A stretch of 64,000 bases of DNA from Squalus acanthias (taxonomy: Eukaryota): assembly GCA_030390025.1 (NCBI GenBank), contig CM059432.1, positions 141,796,001 through 141,860,000 of the forward strand, in the 5' to 3' direction. The first letter of the stretch is position 1; the number at the start of each line of letters is the position of its first letter. The position numbers were made by a program, and so were the translations under genes. Shown piece after piece: positions 38,275-51,559 of this stretch. A model generated the notes under the pieces. It saw only the letters and a program-made list of their open reading frames with translations, made no database searches and was not told the DNA's origin.

Positions 38275-38575
38275 TATGAAATTAGATCATGGTTGATCTG
38301 TACTCAACTCCATCTGCCCGCTTTGGTTCTGTAACCCTTAATATCCTTTGCCGAACAAAAATCTATCAATCTCAGTTTTGAAATTTTCAATCGACCCCCA
38401 GACTCGACAGCTTTTTGGGGGAAAGAGAGTTCCAGATTTCCACTACACTTTGTGTGAAGAAGTGCTTCCTGACATCACCCCTGAACAACCTGGCTCTAAT
38501 TTTAAGTTTATGCCCCTGTTATTCTGGACTCCCCTTGCCAGAAGGAACAGCTCCTCTCTATCTACCCTATCAAAC
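38275..38575 (-). mobile_element. CR1 3' fragment
   Basis: Same 3' region as 11020-11400 and 49070-49390. Confidence 0.7.
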
Positions 38576-39496
38576 AGCAGAAAGAAAGGTAAACCAATCC
38601 AAAATACTGTCTTGGTTTCTCTACTAACCTGATGACTTACTGCTAGAAATGTGCTTTGTAACATAAAAAATTTACAAATTTATCAAGAAAACTTGCCTAT
38701 GCACCAAAGTTTTCTGTGTTTGAAACATTTCGAACAGAGATCTGTGCCTACGCAAGTAGCCTCAGCTTGGAATTCTTGGGAGGTCCCCAGCGCCAGAGAC
38801 TCACCATGCTGCTGCTCCCAGTGGGCAACTCACAATTTTTTTTTGTGATTAATAAATAGCAAGACTGGCTGTTCGCAGAATAACCAAAGCTAAGCACCAC
38901 TTTCCCTCCTGCTTTGCATCGTCTCAATCCTGTCGACCTGTATGTTCCCAACTTCTTAAGTAAAAATTCAAGTCAGAACTGCTGAGCCAATCAAATAAAT
39001 GAAAGCGTGATGACAAAAACATGGCAGGGTAGGACAAACTGGAAGTGTGCGCTAGATGCAAGACTTTACTTGCAGGCTTCCTGTGGTCTTACTTCATGGT
39101 GAGTTTTGGAATCCAAGATCACTGGAAGAGGAGCCCTGGAATCTGGGAGCGTTGGGAAGAGAAGTCCCCGGGTCTGGGATGGTCTTGGGATCAGAATTTT
39201 GTTTTGTAAGATTACTGTAACATAAGGCAAGTTGGGAACAACAAGATTCAGTTCTTTACGAAAGGTTATATTTGAAAGGATGACCTTTCTCGTTCAAGAA
39301 TTTATGGTTTCTATTGGGGTTGAAAAACTGGTGGTGTGGATAAATGTAACTAATAGGTGTATATTTTAGTTCCACCTTTCTAAATATAAGCAGAGGAAAA
39401 TAAAAATGTGTGTGTAATATCACCAAATGGGTGTACTTTTTTTGTTGTAATTTGAGAGGGTTTAATGCCCCTTTATTTTAACTAAGGCATTAAATG

Positions 39497-39840
39497 GGTA
39501 GTACTGAGGGAGTGCTGCATTGTCGGAGGTGCCGTCTTTCGGATGAGACCTTAAACCGAGGCCCTGTCTGCCCTCTTGGGTAGAACACAAAAGATCCTGT
39601 GGCACTATTTAAGGAAGAGCAGGGGAGTTCTCCCTGGTGTCCTGGCCAATATTCCTAGCTCAACCAGCATTAAAACGGATTATCTATTCATTGACCTCAC
39701 TCTTGTTTATGGGAGCTTGCTGTGCTCAATTTAGCTGCTGCCTTTCCCGACACTACAAGAGTGACCACACTTCATTGGCTATGAAGCGCTTTGGGATGTC
39801 CTGAGGTTGTGAAATGTGCTGTATAAATGCAGATTTCTTT
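39497..39840 (+). mobile_element. Deu-domain SINE, 5'-truncated
   Basis: GGAGGTGCCGTCTTTCGGATGAGAC...GGTGTCCTGGCCAATATT core plus tail. Confidence 0.82.
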
Positions 39841-39989
39841 TTTCTTACTTTATTAAGGTTACAAGAAGAGTTCTGCACAAAAATTTCTGTTCCCAAGCTG
39901 CCTCTAATCTGCAGTAAATGTCTTGTGAACACCAGCTACGTGCTCTGTACTTAATTCTGAAGAAAAAAAGGTCTATAGAAATTAATACA

Positions 39990-40700
39990 GAACTGGAGGT
40001 TTATAATACAGAAGGAAGTCATTCGATCCATCATTTATGTGCCGGCTCTTTGCTAGAGCAATCTATAACGAATCCACAGCTCCGCGCTCTCCTCATACCT
40101 TGATCTTACTGTTCTATTCAAATATTTATCCAATTTTCCCTTAAAAAGGTGCAACGGTCTCTGCCTCAACTACTTCCTGTGGCAAAGCATTCCTTGCTCC
40201 AACAACCTCGTGTACAGAAATTTCTCCCAACCGCTTTCCTCACTTAGTTCCGATTTTTAATTGACGATCCCTCGTCAATGACCCCCCTCATCACCAGAGA
40301 AAACAGTCCCTCCCTACTCACCCTATCAAAACCCTTGATAATTTCAACACTTTCCATTAAACCTCCTCTTAGCCTTCCTTGCTCAGGAGTAGAAGTAGTT
40401 CCATTATCTCAAGTCTCTCCTCATAACGGTAATTTCCCATCCCTGGCATCAGGGTGAAATTATGCTGTACACTTCCTGTAACGGGGCTCCCAAAACTACA
40501 CTCAGTACTTTAACTGTGGCCTAACTATGCCTTTATATAAATTTATCATTGCTGCTTTGCTCTCATATAGTCTAACCCCATTTATAAAACCCAAAAAGCT
40601 ATTGGCCTTTTTATTTTATGGCTTTATCTACCAGTACTCACTCTTTCAGGGAATTAGGTCTTTGCACCCTAGATCTCTGGTCTTTCAGCATCTTTGCATT
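39990..40700 (-). mobile_element. Old CR1 3' fragment
   Basis: Degenerate match to the reverse-strand CR1 C-terminus and tail. Confidence 0.6.
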
Positions 40701-41144
40701 GAGCACTCGTTTTCCTCACACTCCTCTGCTTTGAAGTGTATCTGCACTTGTCTGCCCATTCCCCTGACCTATCTCCTCCTGAAGTCATTTACAGCCCTGT
40801 TTGCCAAAGGGTTTCCAAGAAGTTGGAGCTCGCAGCTTCCTACATGCTTGATACAGGTATCTAAAACTGAACCGAACAGCTTCAACACAGTGCTACTGCG
40901 TGGACGCGATCAATAACCAACAATATAACATTTGAGGGATTGCACTATGCTAAGGAGTACAAAATCCAGCCACATTAAACTCACCCTAAGATTCCCGAAG
41001 ACAAAATTCGGAATTCAATCTTACGAGTCCCAGATCAGTCCGGGGCTGAAGAGATTTTTAAAGGTTCGAAGGGTTCTGATGTAGTGGCATTGCAGCCTGG
41101 TTCATTTCACTCTGGTCAACCTTACTACTGTAATCGAAACTCAC

Positions 41145-41327
41145 CAAATACACGTCCATTTCTCCTTCCAGCTTGATTTGATCAGTTAATGGAAGTTCTT
41201 TTTCTGTAGTTGTTATACGAAGCTTCTGCTTGATCTTCTTGTTGCGACGTTTTTGAAGCCAGTAAGGAAGAAAGGATTCCACAAACTGGTTGAGTATTTG
41301 TGAGGTGATGAGTAAGGCAGCCAGGTT
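41145..41327 (-). CDS. ANO10: ANO10 coding exon, 183 bp
   Basis: NLAALLITSQILNQFVESFLPYWLQKRR...QIKLEGEMDVYL; TAG acceptor, GTGAGT donor. Confidence 0.96.
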
Positions 41328-41582
41328 CTAGCACAAGAGCACAAAACAAATCGGGCATGTTACGCATTATTTCTTTGTTTTTTAAATGCAGAAGTTTAAG
41401 ATTTTTATTTCTTCTCATCAAGCTTTCTCCCTTCAACCCCTGAAGGAGTCAGTTCAAAAGACACTCGGGCAACCTTGTGTACCTTGCCCAAGTGGCCAAT
41501 ATTCATATGAGCTTCAGCGGTGAATGGCTGAAAACTACTTCTGCATGGAGGGCTTCACAACAACGCCCCATACCGTCTTCAT

Positions 41583-42285
41583 CATAGAGTCACACAGCAC
41601 AGAGGAGGCCATTTGGCCCATCGTGCCTGTGCCGGCTCTTTGAAAGAGCTGTTCAATTAGTCCCACTCCTCCTGCTCTCTTCCCCATAGTGCAGCAAATA
41701 TTGCTTTCTCAAGTATTTATCCAATTCCCTTTTGAAAGTTACGATTGAATCTGCTTCCACCGCCCTTTCAGGCAGCGCATTCCAGATCACAACAACTCGC
41801 TGAAAAAGAAATTCTCATCTCCCCCTAGTTTTTTTTGGACAATTATCTTAAATCTGTGTCCTCCGGTTACTGTCCCTCCTGCCAGTGGAAACCGTTTCTC
41901 TCCATTTACTATAACAAAACGTTTCATAATTTTGAATACCTCTATTAAATCTCCCCATAACCTCCTCTGCCCCAAGGAGAACAATCTCAGCTTCTCCAGT
42001 CTCTCCAGATAACTGAAGTCCCTCATCCCTGGTACCATTCTAGCGAATCTCCTCTGCACCCTCTCCAAGGCCTTGTCATCCTTCCTAAAGTGTGCTGCCC
42101 AGAATTGGACACAATGCTCCAGCTGGGGCCTAACCATTGATTTATTAAAAAAAGGTTCAGCTTAACTTCCTTGCTTTTGCACTCTGTGCCTCTATTCTTA
42201 ACTTGTCCTGCCACCTTCAAAGATTTGTGTATGTGAACCTTCAGGTCTCTCTCTGTTCCTGCACTCCCTTTAAAATTGTACCAGA
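41583..42285 (-). mobile_element. CR1 LINE 3' fragment
   Basis: VRPQLEHCVQFWAAHFRKD..ALERVQRRF. Confidence 0.85.
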
Positions 42286-42339
42286 CATCAAGCACACTTC
42301 AGCAGTCAGAAGCTGAAACGTTAGCCTATTTTCTTTAAC

Positions 42340-42952
42340 CGAGGCATAGAATATAAGAGCAGGGAGGTTATGATGGAGCTGTACAAAACGATAGTTAGGC
42401 CACAGCTGGAATACTGTGTGCAGTTCTGGTCGCCACACTATAGGAAGGATGTGATTGCATTGGAGGGTGCAGAGGAGATTCACCAGGATGTTACTTGGGC
42501 TGGAGCGCTTCAGCTATGAAGAGAGACTGGGCAGGCTGGGGTTGTTTTCCTTAGAGCAGAGAAGGCTGAGGGGGGACCTGATTGAGGTGTACAAAATTAT
42601 GAGGGGCATAGATAGGGTAGATAGAAAGGAACTTTTCCCCATAGTAGAGGGGTCAGTAACCAGAGGGCATAATTTCAAGGTAAGGGGCAGGAAGTTTAGA
42701 GGGGATTTGAGGAAAAACTTTTTCACCCAGAGGGTGGTTGGAATCTGGAACTCACTGCCTGAAAGGGTGGTAGAGGCAGGAACCCTCACAACATTCAAGA
42801 AGCATTTAGATGAGCACTTGAAACGCCATAGCATACAAGGCTACGGACCAAGTGCTGGAAAATGGGATTAGAATAGACAGGGCTTGATGGCCGGCGCGGA
42901 CACGATAGGCCGAAGGGCCTCTTTCTGGGCTGTAAAACTCTATGACTCTATG
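42340..42952 (+). mobile_element. CR1 LINE 3' fragment
   Basis: RVQRRFTRML...LRKNFFTQRVVGIWNSLPE; (CTCTATGA)n tail. Confidence 0.88.
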
Positions 42953-43237
42953 AATGCAGAGGCATTGAAGTCATCCAGGTAGGATCAGCTAAATTAGTCT
43001 AGACCAAGAATTGAACCCAAGAGCTCTGTAAGGTTGACATACGAACTGGATAAACTTGCTGAGCCTTCAAGGGAGATCGAACTATCATTATCATTTCAAA
43101 TATTGAATTGCTTGCTCTCACGTCATTATTATCTGAGTTAGAGATTAGATTTACTACTGTTAATGATAGCAAATTTCAAACAGTTACCAGACAGTACAAA
43201 CATTAAGGGCTGCAGCAGGAACAACATACCATTATAA

Positions 43238-44560
43238 CAGCAACAACTTGTATTTATATAGCACCTTTAATGTCGTAAAACATCCCAAGGCGCTGCACAG
43301 GAGTATTTTAAGACAAAAAAAATGACACCGATCCACATAAGGATATATTAGGGCAGGTGACCAAAAGCTTGGTCAGAGAGGTAGGTTTTAAGGAGCGTCT
43401 TAAAGGAGGAGAGAGAGGTAGCAAAGTGGACAGGTTTAGGCAGGGAATTCCAGAGCTTAGGGCCCAGGCAACAGAAGGCACGGCCACCAAAGGTTGAGCG
43501 ATTATAATCAGAGATCCTCAAGAGGGCAGAATTAGAGGAGAGCAGATATCTCGGGGGGTTGTGGGACTGAAGGAGATTACAGAGATAGGTAGGGGCGAGG
43601 CCATGGAGGGATTTGAAAACAAGGATGAGAATTTTGAAATCGAGGTGCTACTTAACCGGGAGCCAATGTAGGTCAGCAAGCACAGGGGGTGAGGGGCGAA
43701 CAGGACTTGGTGCGAGTTAGGACACGGGCAGCAGAGTTTTGGATGACTTCAAGTTTACTGTGGAATGTGGGAGGCCAGCCAGGAGTGCATTGGAATAGTC
43801 AAGTCTAGAGGTAACAAAGGCATGGATGAGGGTTTCAGCAGCGGATGAGCTGAGGCAAGGGTGGAGACAGGTGATGTTACGGAGGTGGAAGTAGGCGGTC
43901 TTTGTTATGCTGCGGATATGTGGTCGGAAGCTCATTTCAGGGTCAAATATGACACCAAGGTTGCGAACAGTGTGGTTCAGCCTCAGACAGATGTTAGGGA
44001 GAGGGATGGAGTCAGTGGCTAGGGAACGGAGTTTGTGGCAGGGACCGAAAACAATGGCTTCAGTCTTCCCAATATTTAATTGGAGAAAATTTTTGCTCAT
44101 CCAGAACTGTATGTCGGACAAGCAATCTGACAATTTAGACACCGTGGCGGGGTCGAGAGAAGAGGTAGTGAGGTAGAGCTGGGTGTCGTCAGCGGACATG
44201 TGGAAACTGACGCGGTGTTTTCGGATGATGTCGCCAAGGGCCAACATGTAGATGAGAAATAGGAGGGGGCCAGGGATAGATCCTTGGGGGACACCAGAGG
44301 TAACGATGCGGGAGCAGGAAGAGAAGCCGCTGCAGGTGATTCTCTGGTTACGATGAGATAGATAAGAATGGAACCAGGCGAGTGCAGTCCCGCCCAGCTG
44401 GAAGACGGTGGAGAGGCGTCGGAGAAGGATGGAGTGGTCAACCGTGTTAAAGGCTGCGGAGAAGTCAAGAAGGACGAGGAGGGATAGTTTAACTTTGTCA
44501 CAGTCACAAAGGATGTCATTTGTGACTTTGACAAGAGCCATTTCGGTACTGTGGCAAGGG
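43238..44560 (-). mobile_element. L2-clade LINE, 5'-truncated
   Basis: ALVKVTNDIL, LLDFSAAF.TVDH, GVPQGS..GPLLF, ADDTQLY, FVTSRLDYSNALL and (TTG)n tail. Confidence 0.9.
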
Positions 44561-44892
44561 CAGAATATTATACAGCACTTTTCATATAATTAAATGCTCC
44601 AGGGCATTTTATGTGGCGAGCAGGAAGTGGGAGAAAGGTTAGGGGGAAGCGAATGAAAGAATGGTCAAAGAGGTATCTTTTATGGGGATTTTTTTTTTTA
44701 AAGGCAGAGAGAGAGAGCGAGAGAGAGCAGAGGGGGTTTAGGGAAAGAATTGGAGTGAAATGTCTGGTGGCTTAAAGCTCAGGCACGATGCTGGAGCAGA
44801 GGCATACTTTAGATCAGAAGAGTTGAAGGGTGCAACCTCGGACAGGGAGCTGCATGTCAGGTTTGAAGTTTAGCTCATGCTTGAACACAGGA

Positions 44893-45118
44893 AAAAGACT
44901 TGCATTTATATAGCGCCTTTCACAACCTCAGGATGTCCCAAAGCGATTTACAGCCAATGAAGTACTTTTGAAGTGTAGTCACTGTTGTAATGTAGGAAAC
45001 GCAGCAGCCAATTTGCACACAGCAAGCTCCCACAAACAGCAATGTGATAATGACAAAGAAATTATGTTTTTTTTTTAAAGTGATGTTGATTGAGGGATAA
45101 ATGTTGGCCAGGACACTG
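44893..45118 (-). mobile_element. Deu-domain SINE 3' part
   Basis: Shared SINE tail sequence. Confidence 0.8.
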
Positions 45119-45487
45119 AAGTTGTTCACAGTTGAGCTCAGAGAGAGCATCTGGGTGAGAATTCAAGTTTGCATCTGAGCACAAAGTTTCAGATTAATTC
45201 CTGATCGTCAGTGGTGCGCTCTTAAAAGCGCTGCTGATCCAAGACTGGATGTCCAACATCCAGTCAAACAACAAGGTGACATTTGCGGATCAAGGGCTGT
45301 AGTGTAATGGTGGAGTTGGACATCAATGGCACACATAAAAGGAAGCCGAGATCATATTTGTGGACAATTCTACCAGTGGACATCATATAGATAAGGAACA
45401 GAAAGGGGCCGAGGAGAAAAAGCTATTGGGGGAGACGTACCAAGTACTCTAGGACAGTCATTTACCCATTTGGATAATGGGCATGTA

Positions 45488-45671
45488 GGGCTAGAAATTC
45501 GTCTTGGGCGGTGGCGAAAAGCGGGCGGTATCGGATCGGCCGCCCGTTACACACAGTGGCTGATATTCAGTTCTACTGCAGTCAATGAAACTGAATATCA
45601 GCCACTGCGTATAACGGGCGGCCGATCCAATACTGCCCGTTCCGATACCGCCAGAGACAAATTTCTAGGGT
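45488..45671. mobile_element. Palindromic (fold-back) MITE
   Basis: Arms CTAGAAATT...GGATCGGCCGCCCGTTA...CAGTGGCTGATATTCAGTT and AACTGAATATCAGCCACTG...TAACGGGCGGCCGATCC...AATTTCTAG. Confidence 0.85.
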
Positions 45672-45740
45672 TAAAGAGCGAATACAAAGCATAAACAAAT
45701 GCTCGTGTCTTGGTGAAGTTCACGTTGAATGAAACAGTCT

Positions 45741-46090
45741 GGGGGGGAAAATTCAGTTGCTTTGCGCCTCCAGTTAGTGTCCTAAGAGGGCGCAAAGCAA
45801 CTAGTGCCCGGGCACAGTGGATGTTTGCACTGCTCGCGCAATTGACCAGACATTTTGCGGTGGCGCTAAACACTACCGCCACGATCTCCTGCACCTGCAG
45901 ATCGTGACGTCAGTCAAGCGTGCAACGCCCCGGACCGGATATTGAGTGGCGCCCCCTGCCTTTTCGCCTGCCGCTAGCAACGACAGGTTGAGGGGAATGT
46001 TTTGCAGTCGGGAAGGGACTGGGGGAGCGCTATTTAAAGGCGGCCGCTTCCTTTCGTTTTTTTGTCGCCGATATTTTTGCACCACGCATT

Positions 46091-46138
<48 letters not shown>

Positions 46139-46575
46139 CAGACAGACTTCTGGAGAGATTCATCGCTTTGTGGAGGAGTTTTGGGTACTGAGCAGCACTT
46201 TGCAGGTTCATTTTGATTTGCCCTTCCTTGTATCGATTTAGAAGAGACTATGGGGGCTGCACTCTGAGCTCTTTCCCTGGGCCTCTCCATTGTTCTTTCC
46301 AGCAGATTTGATGTACAGGTCTCTCCAGGCCGAGATTCAAGGCTGCAGTGAGCAGAGTGTGGATGGAGAGCAAGATCGACCCTCCCCAGTGTGTCTGTGT
46401 TCCAATGCTGACTGACATGAGCTTCGATAGCACCTCGCTCCTCGGCGATAGCGCCTTAAGAGAGGTGTGTAGCGCCTGATTTAGCGCTCCAATCACCTCC
46501 AGGGGTGATAGAAGCTAAACTTTGCGCCCGGCCGATAATTGCGCCCCAAACGGGGCGATACCGAATTTCTCCCCC
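45741..46575. mobile_element. Harbinger-like non-autonomous element with an internal (GA)n microsatellite at ~46092-46128
   Basis: TIRs GGGGGGAAAATTC ... GAATTTCTCCCCC; the minus-strand MERPRERA.. start resembles Harbinger Myb N-termini. Confidence 0.6.
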
Positions 46576-46851
46576 ATTGTGTTTAAAAGTTGTTGCTCCA
46601 TTTTCTGTGACTACGTTGAATGTCCCATTGGCAGAGTACCACCCACGGTTACCATAGTGGCCTGCTGTATCATCTTGTTTAATGTACCATGGTTCCATTC
46701 TGTTTAATTGGAACATCTTGTTTGATATTTTTAGCAGCTTTTAGCAAAATGCTGCAAAATTAAGGGGGCTTTACAAAATACTTCTTCCCCCTCTATCAGT
46801 GACAGTCAACAGACAAATTAGTCAAGGCACTTAAATTTCAAAATCTTTTAC

Positions 46852-46926
46852 CTGTCGCAGAAGTTTCATATCCTGAAGAACAAATGCGATGTAGAAGAGG
46901 GATGCAAAACAGTTGATGAAATTGAA
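46852..46926 (-). CDS. ANO10: ANO10 coding exon, 75 bp
   Basis: [28 protein letters not shown] acceptor, GTAAAA donor; phase 0. Confidence 0.96.
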
Positions 46927-47134
46927 CTGGAAAACAGAAACGTATATGTGTAAGGAAATTGTTAAGCCAAGATTTTAAATGGATGACAAAATCCCAACAT
47001 GCAACGTTAGTGTCCTTAAAAAAGCTCTTCAGGTCACAGGTGTTGTTTTGCTGGTTTTTTAGGTTAACACGAGTTAGCTTCAGTCACGAAATTTCTAACA
47101 CAATTATAAACAACATTTAATATTCTCAGATTCT

Positions 47135-48662
47135 CTCATTGAAACATATAAAATTCTTAAAGGGCTTGACAGGGTAGAAGCAGGGAGGATGTTTCCCCTG
47201 GCTGGGGAGTCAAGAACTAGGGGTCACAGTCTCAGAATAAGGGGTCGGCCATTTAGGACTGAGATGAGGGGAAATTTCTTCATTCAAAAGGTTGTGAATC
47301 TTTGGAATTCTCTACCCCAGAGGGCTGTGGAGGCTCAGTCGTTGAGTATATTCAAGACAGAGATCGATTGATTTTCGGATACTGAGGGAATCAAGGGATT
47401 AGGGGATAGTGCGGGATGGTGGAGTTGAGGTAAAAGATCAGCCATGATCTTATTGAATGGCGGAGTGGGCTCGAAGGGCCGAATGGCCTACTCCTGCTCC
47501 TATTTCTTATTTTCCTTTGTCCTCCCACTACAAGACTTGCCAAGTCACCCATTTATGCAGCAAAGGTGGGCAGGTATCTTATTCCAAGGTCGTTGGATAG
47601 CTAGCTGGCTTCAAGAACAGAAAGCAGAGAGTAGGGGTAAAGAGTAGCTATTCAGAGTGGCAGAAGGTGGGAAGTGGTGTTCCACAAGGATCAGTGCTGG
47701 GACCACTGTTGTTCACAATTTATATTAACAATTTATATTAACGATTTAGACCTTGGAATCAAAAAACACAATTTCTAAATTTGCGGACGACACCAAATTG
47801 GGGGGGAAGCCAATACCGAGGAGGACTGCAATAAATTACAAGATGACATTAATAAACTTGCAGAATGGGCATATAATTGGCAAATGAAATTCAACACAGA
47901 TAAATATGAGGTATTACATTTTGGTAAGAAAAATAGGGAGGTCACATATTACTTGGAAAATAAGAATCTAAATGGGGTAGAGGAACAAAGGGATCTCGGA
48001 GTACAAATACACAAATCACAAAGTATCGACACAGGTTAACAAGGCCATAAAAAAGCAAACCAAACACCAGGGTTTATTTCTAGAGGGATAGAATTGAAAA
48101 GTAGTGAAGTTATGCTAAACTTGTATCGAACCCTGGTTAGACCACACTTGGAGTACTGTGTGCAATTCTGGTTGTCATATTATAAAAAGGATATAGAGGT
48201 ACTGGAGAGGGTGCAGAGAAGATTTACAAGGATGATACCAGAAATGTGAGGGTATACATATCAGGAAAGGAAGGCTGAGGGGTGACCCAATAGAGGTCTT
48301 CAAAATCATGAAAGGTTTTGATAGAGTGGATACAGAGAGAGTGTTTCCACTTGTGGGGAAGAGCAAAACTGGTGGCCATCAATATAAGATAGTCACCAAG
48401 AAATCCAATAGGGAATTCAGAAGAAACTTCTTTACCCAGAGAGTGGTGGGAATGTGGAACTCACTACCACAGGGAGTGGTTGAAGCAAATAGTATAGATG
48501 CATTTAAAGGGCAATTAGATAAGCATATGAGGGAGAAGGGAATAGAGGGTTATGCTGATAGGGTTATTTGAGGAAAGACGGGAGGAGGCTCGAGTGGAGC
48601 ATAAACACCGGCATGGACTGGTTGGGCCGAATGGCCTGTTTCTGTGCTATGTAATCCTATGC
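47135..48662 (+). mobile_element. Two tandem CR1 3' fragments (47135-47515 and ~47530-48662)
   Basis: [16 protein letters not shown] and FFTQRVV.MWNSLPQ motifs with two separate tails. Confidence 0.85.
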
Positions 48663-49069
48663 AATGGTCTTTAACCAGGTGGCTGATTCCCCCATGAGGT
48701 GGTGCCTGGCTGTCACTAGTAAAACAGGACAACTATCTTCCCCATTTACACTCACCTCCCTCTTCTCCCCTCTCCTCCTGGCTTTTACTAGTACCTCCCC
48801 ATAGCCATGTCCTTTTCCCCCAGTTTATTTCACTTTTCCCCCCCTCCTCTATGCATCAATGGCCGACAACCCTTCAGTACTCAAATAATGTTACCATTCT
48901 TCACTTGCGAGTCTAGCAAACGTCTGCAGGCCATTTGACTGTGGGAGCTGTCATCCCATCCAGGACCAATTCTGCCCTCAATGTTGAGGCATGGTCACTA
49001 TAAAGCAAAGCGTGCCAAATGGATTTGGGAGCAGGAACCCTGGTTATCTATTCCGACCCCGCCCCCACA

Positions 49070-49870
49070 CATTCAATGAGATCATGGCTGATCTGTATCT
49101 TAACTCCATCCACCTAGCTTGGCTCCATATCTTTATATACCCTTAACTAGCAAAAATCTATCGATCTCCGATTTAAAATTAATTGACCCCCAGCATCAAC
49201 TGTTTTTTGTGGGAAGAGAGTTCCACAGCTCTACCACTCTTTGCATGAGGAAGTGTTTCCTAACTTCTTTCCTGAATGGTCTGGCTCTGATATTAAAGTT
49301 ACGTCCCCTTGTCCTAGACTCCCCCACCAGCGGAAATAATTTCCCTCTATCTACCCTATCAATTATTTTCAAAATCCTAAAAGCCTCAATCAAATGAGAG
49401 GGGATCTCATTGAAACATATAAAATTCTGACAGGGCTAGACAGACTGGATGCAGGGAGGATGTTTCCCCTGGCTGGGGGGTCTAGAACGAGGAGTCACAG
49501 TCTCAGGATACGGGGTAGGACATTTAGGACTGAGATGAGGAGAAATTTATTCACTCAGAGGGTGGTGAACCTGTGGAATTCTCTACCACAGAAGGCTGTG
49601 GAGGCCAAGTCACTGAATATATTTAAGAAGGAGATAGATAGATTTCTGGACACAAAAGGCATCAAGGGGTATGGGGAGAGAGCGGGAATATGGTATTGAG
49701 ATAGAGGATCAGCCATGATCATATTGAATGGCGGAGCAGGCTCAAAGGGCCGAATGGCCTACTCCTGCTCCTATTTTTCTAAGTTTCTAAATCACCCCTT
49801 AACCTTCGATATTCCAGGGAATACAAGTTCATGTAATCTCTCCTCATAATCTAACCCTTGGGAGCCCTGG
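49070..49870. mobile_element. Minus-strand CR1 fragment interrupted by a plus-strand CR1 3' fragment (49394-49788)
   Basis: Host text GCCTCAATCAAAT|CACCCCTT resumes after the insert; short AAAT duplication. Confidence 0.82.
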
Positions 49871-49986
49871 GTCTTTAGTACACTGTGGGTGACATTTGAT
49901 TAAATGCAGCACAGTTATATTAAACTTTCTACGGCTTAACATTAAAAATAATGTTATTTAACAGATTTATAGAAGAACAAACTTAC

Positions 49987-50042
49987 CACCAACACTTTCA
50001 GAACTAAATGATTCTGATACGACGACTCAAGCCTGTGGTTTT
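49987..50042 (-). CDS. ANO10: ANO10 coding exon, 56 bp
   Basis: (E)NHRLESSYQNHLVLKVLV; TAG acceptor, GTAAGT donor; completes the phase-1 codon of the previous exon. Confidence 0.96.
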
Positions 50043-50707
50043 CTACAACACAAAATATGTACAACAATCAATTGATAAGACAAATAAGGGACATTGTTTA
50101 AAAAAAAAGAGAACCAAGAATAGAAAATTGTTGAAATATATTTTTTGCTGAAGAAAAACTTGCACAGAATTAAACAAAATATACAGCACAAAAACAGGCC
50201 ATTCGACCCAACCAGCCCGTGCTGGTGTTTATACTCCACATGAGTCTCCCCACCCCCCCCGCCCCCATTCTATCTGCCTTATCTCAGCCTTTTGGCATAT
50301 CTTTCTATCCCCTGGAGCTGGAGCATTTTATTTAAAAAGTTAACGTATGCAAATTGACAGGAATGGACAATTTTAAAGATCAAGAAATCTGAGTCAGGAG
50401 ATCAAATGTATGGAGGAGGTGGCATGCATCCAGATAGCAATACCTCACACTCCAGAAGGCACACGACCGGTCGAGCTCTGTCGATTTGTTGACTTTAAAT
50501 ATATAGTTGTAACACGAAAGACATAAATAACACCTCTTGTTGTCAAGCTTCAGTTCTTTAGTCAGCTCCATGACTGAACTGCAATTTGCATTATCCAAAT
50601 ACAATATTGCACTTTAAAAAGGTTAAGCAAGGGACAGATCTATTGCTTCATCTGAATGCCCTGTTGCTCATCAAACAGCAAGAAACACATTGCAAGAAAA
50701 GGGTTTA

Positions 50708-51264
50708 TCATAGAATAGTACAGCACAAAAGGAGGCCATTCGGCCCATCGAGTCTGTGCCGTCTCTTTCGAAGAGCGATCCAGTTAGTCCCATTCCCTGC
50801 TCTTTCCCCATATCTCTGCAATTTTTTTCTCTTCAAGTGTTTATCCAATTCCCTTTTGAAGGCTACTATTGAATCGGTATCCACCACCCTATCAGGCAGT
50901 GCATTCCCAATCCTAACCACTTGTTGCGTAAAAAAGTTTTTCCTCATGTTCTTTTGCCGATCACCTTAAACCTGTGCCCTCTCATTATTGACCCTTCAGC
51001 CATTGGAAACAGTTTCTCCATTTACTCCATCTAAACCCTTCATAATTTGAAACACCTCTCTATCAAATCTCCTCTTAGTCTTCTCTGCTCCAAGGAGAAC
51101 AACCCCAGCTTCTCCAGTCTATCCATGTAACTGTAACCCCTCATCTCTGGAACCATTCTAGTAAATCTCTTCTGCACCCTCTCCAAAGCCTTCACGTCCT
51201 TCCTAAAGTGTGGTGCCCAGAATTGGACACAATACTCCAGCTGGGGCCGAACTAGTGTTTTATA
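50708..51264 (-). mobile_element. CR1 3' fragment (host of the Tigger; resumes at 54224-54258)
   Basis: MRKNFFTQQVVRIGNALPDRVV; AGTGTTTTATA|..GGTTTAGCATAACTTCC continuity across the insertion. Confidence 0.85.
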
Positions 51265-51559
51265 CAGGAAACTTTCGTTTATCCGGCATCGACGGGACCG
51301 GCGTGGTGCCGGTTTATCGAAAGTACCGGATAACGGAGAGTTATATCTACCGAGGCTATTTTTAACCTAAAAAAATCAAGAAATGTGCAGTATACAGTAT
51401 TTGGGTACTCACCTACAGAATGTTGTGTTAAATGGATAGTGGAAGATGCTTGATTAAGTACAGTACTGCCAGTTGAGGGTAATCCATAACTCTTTAATTA
51501 CTTAACAGTAAAACAAAACTTATAAACGACTGTCTACAGTACTGTAGTTGACTGTACAC

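Noticed and set aside
42288..42340. CTGAAACGTTAGCC as a possible Penelope/hammerhead remnant
   Set aside because: Too short and lacks the CUGANGA box, so it cannot be supported.
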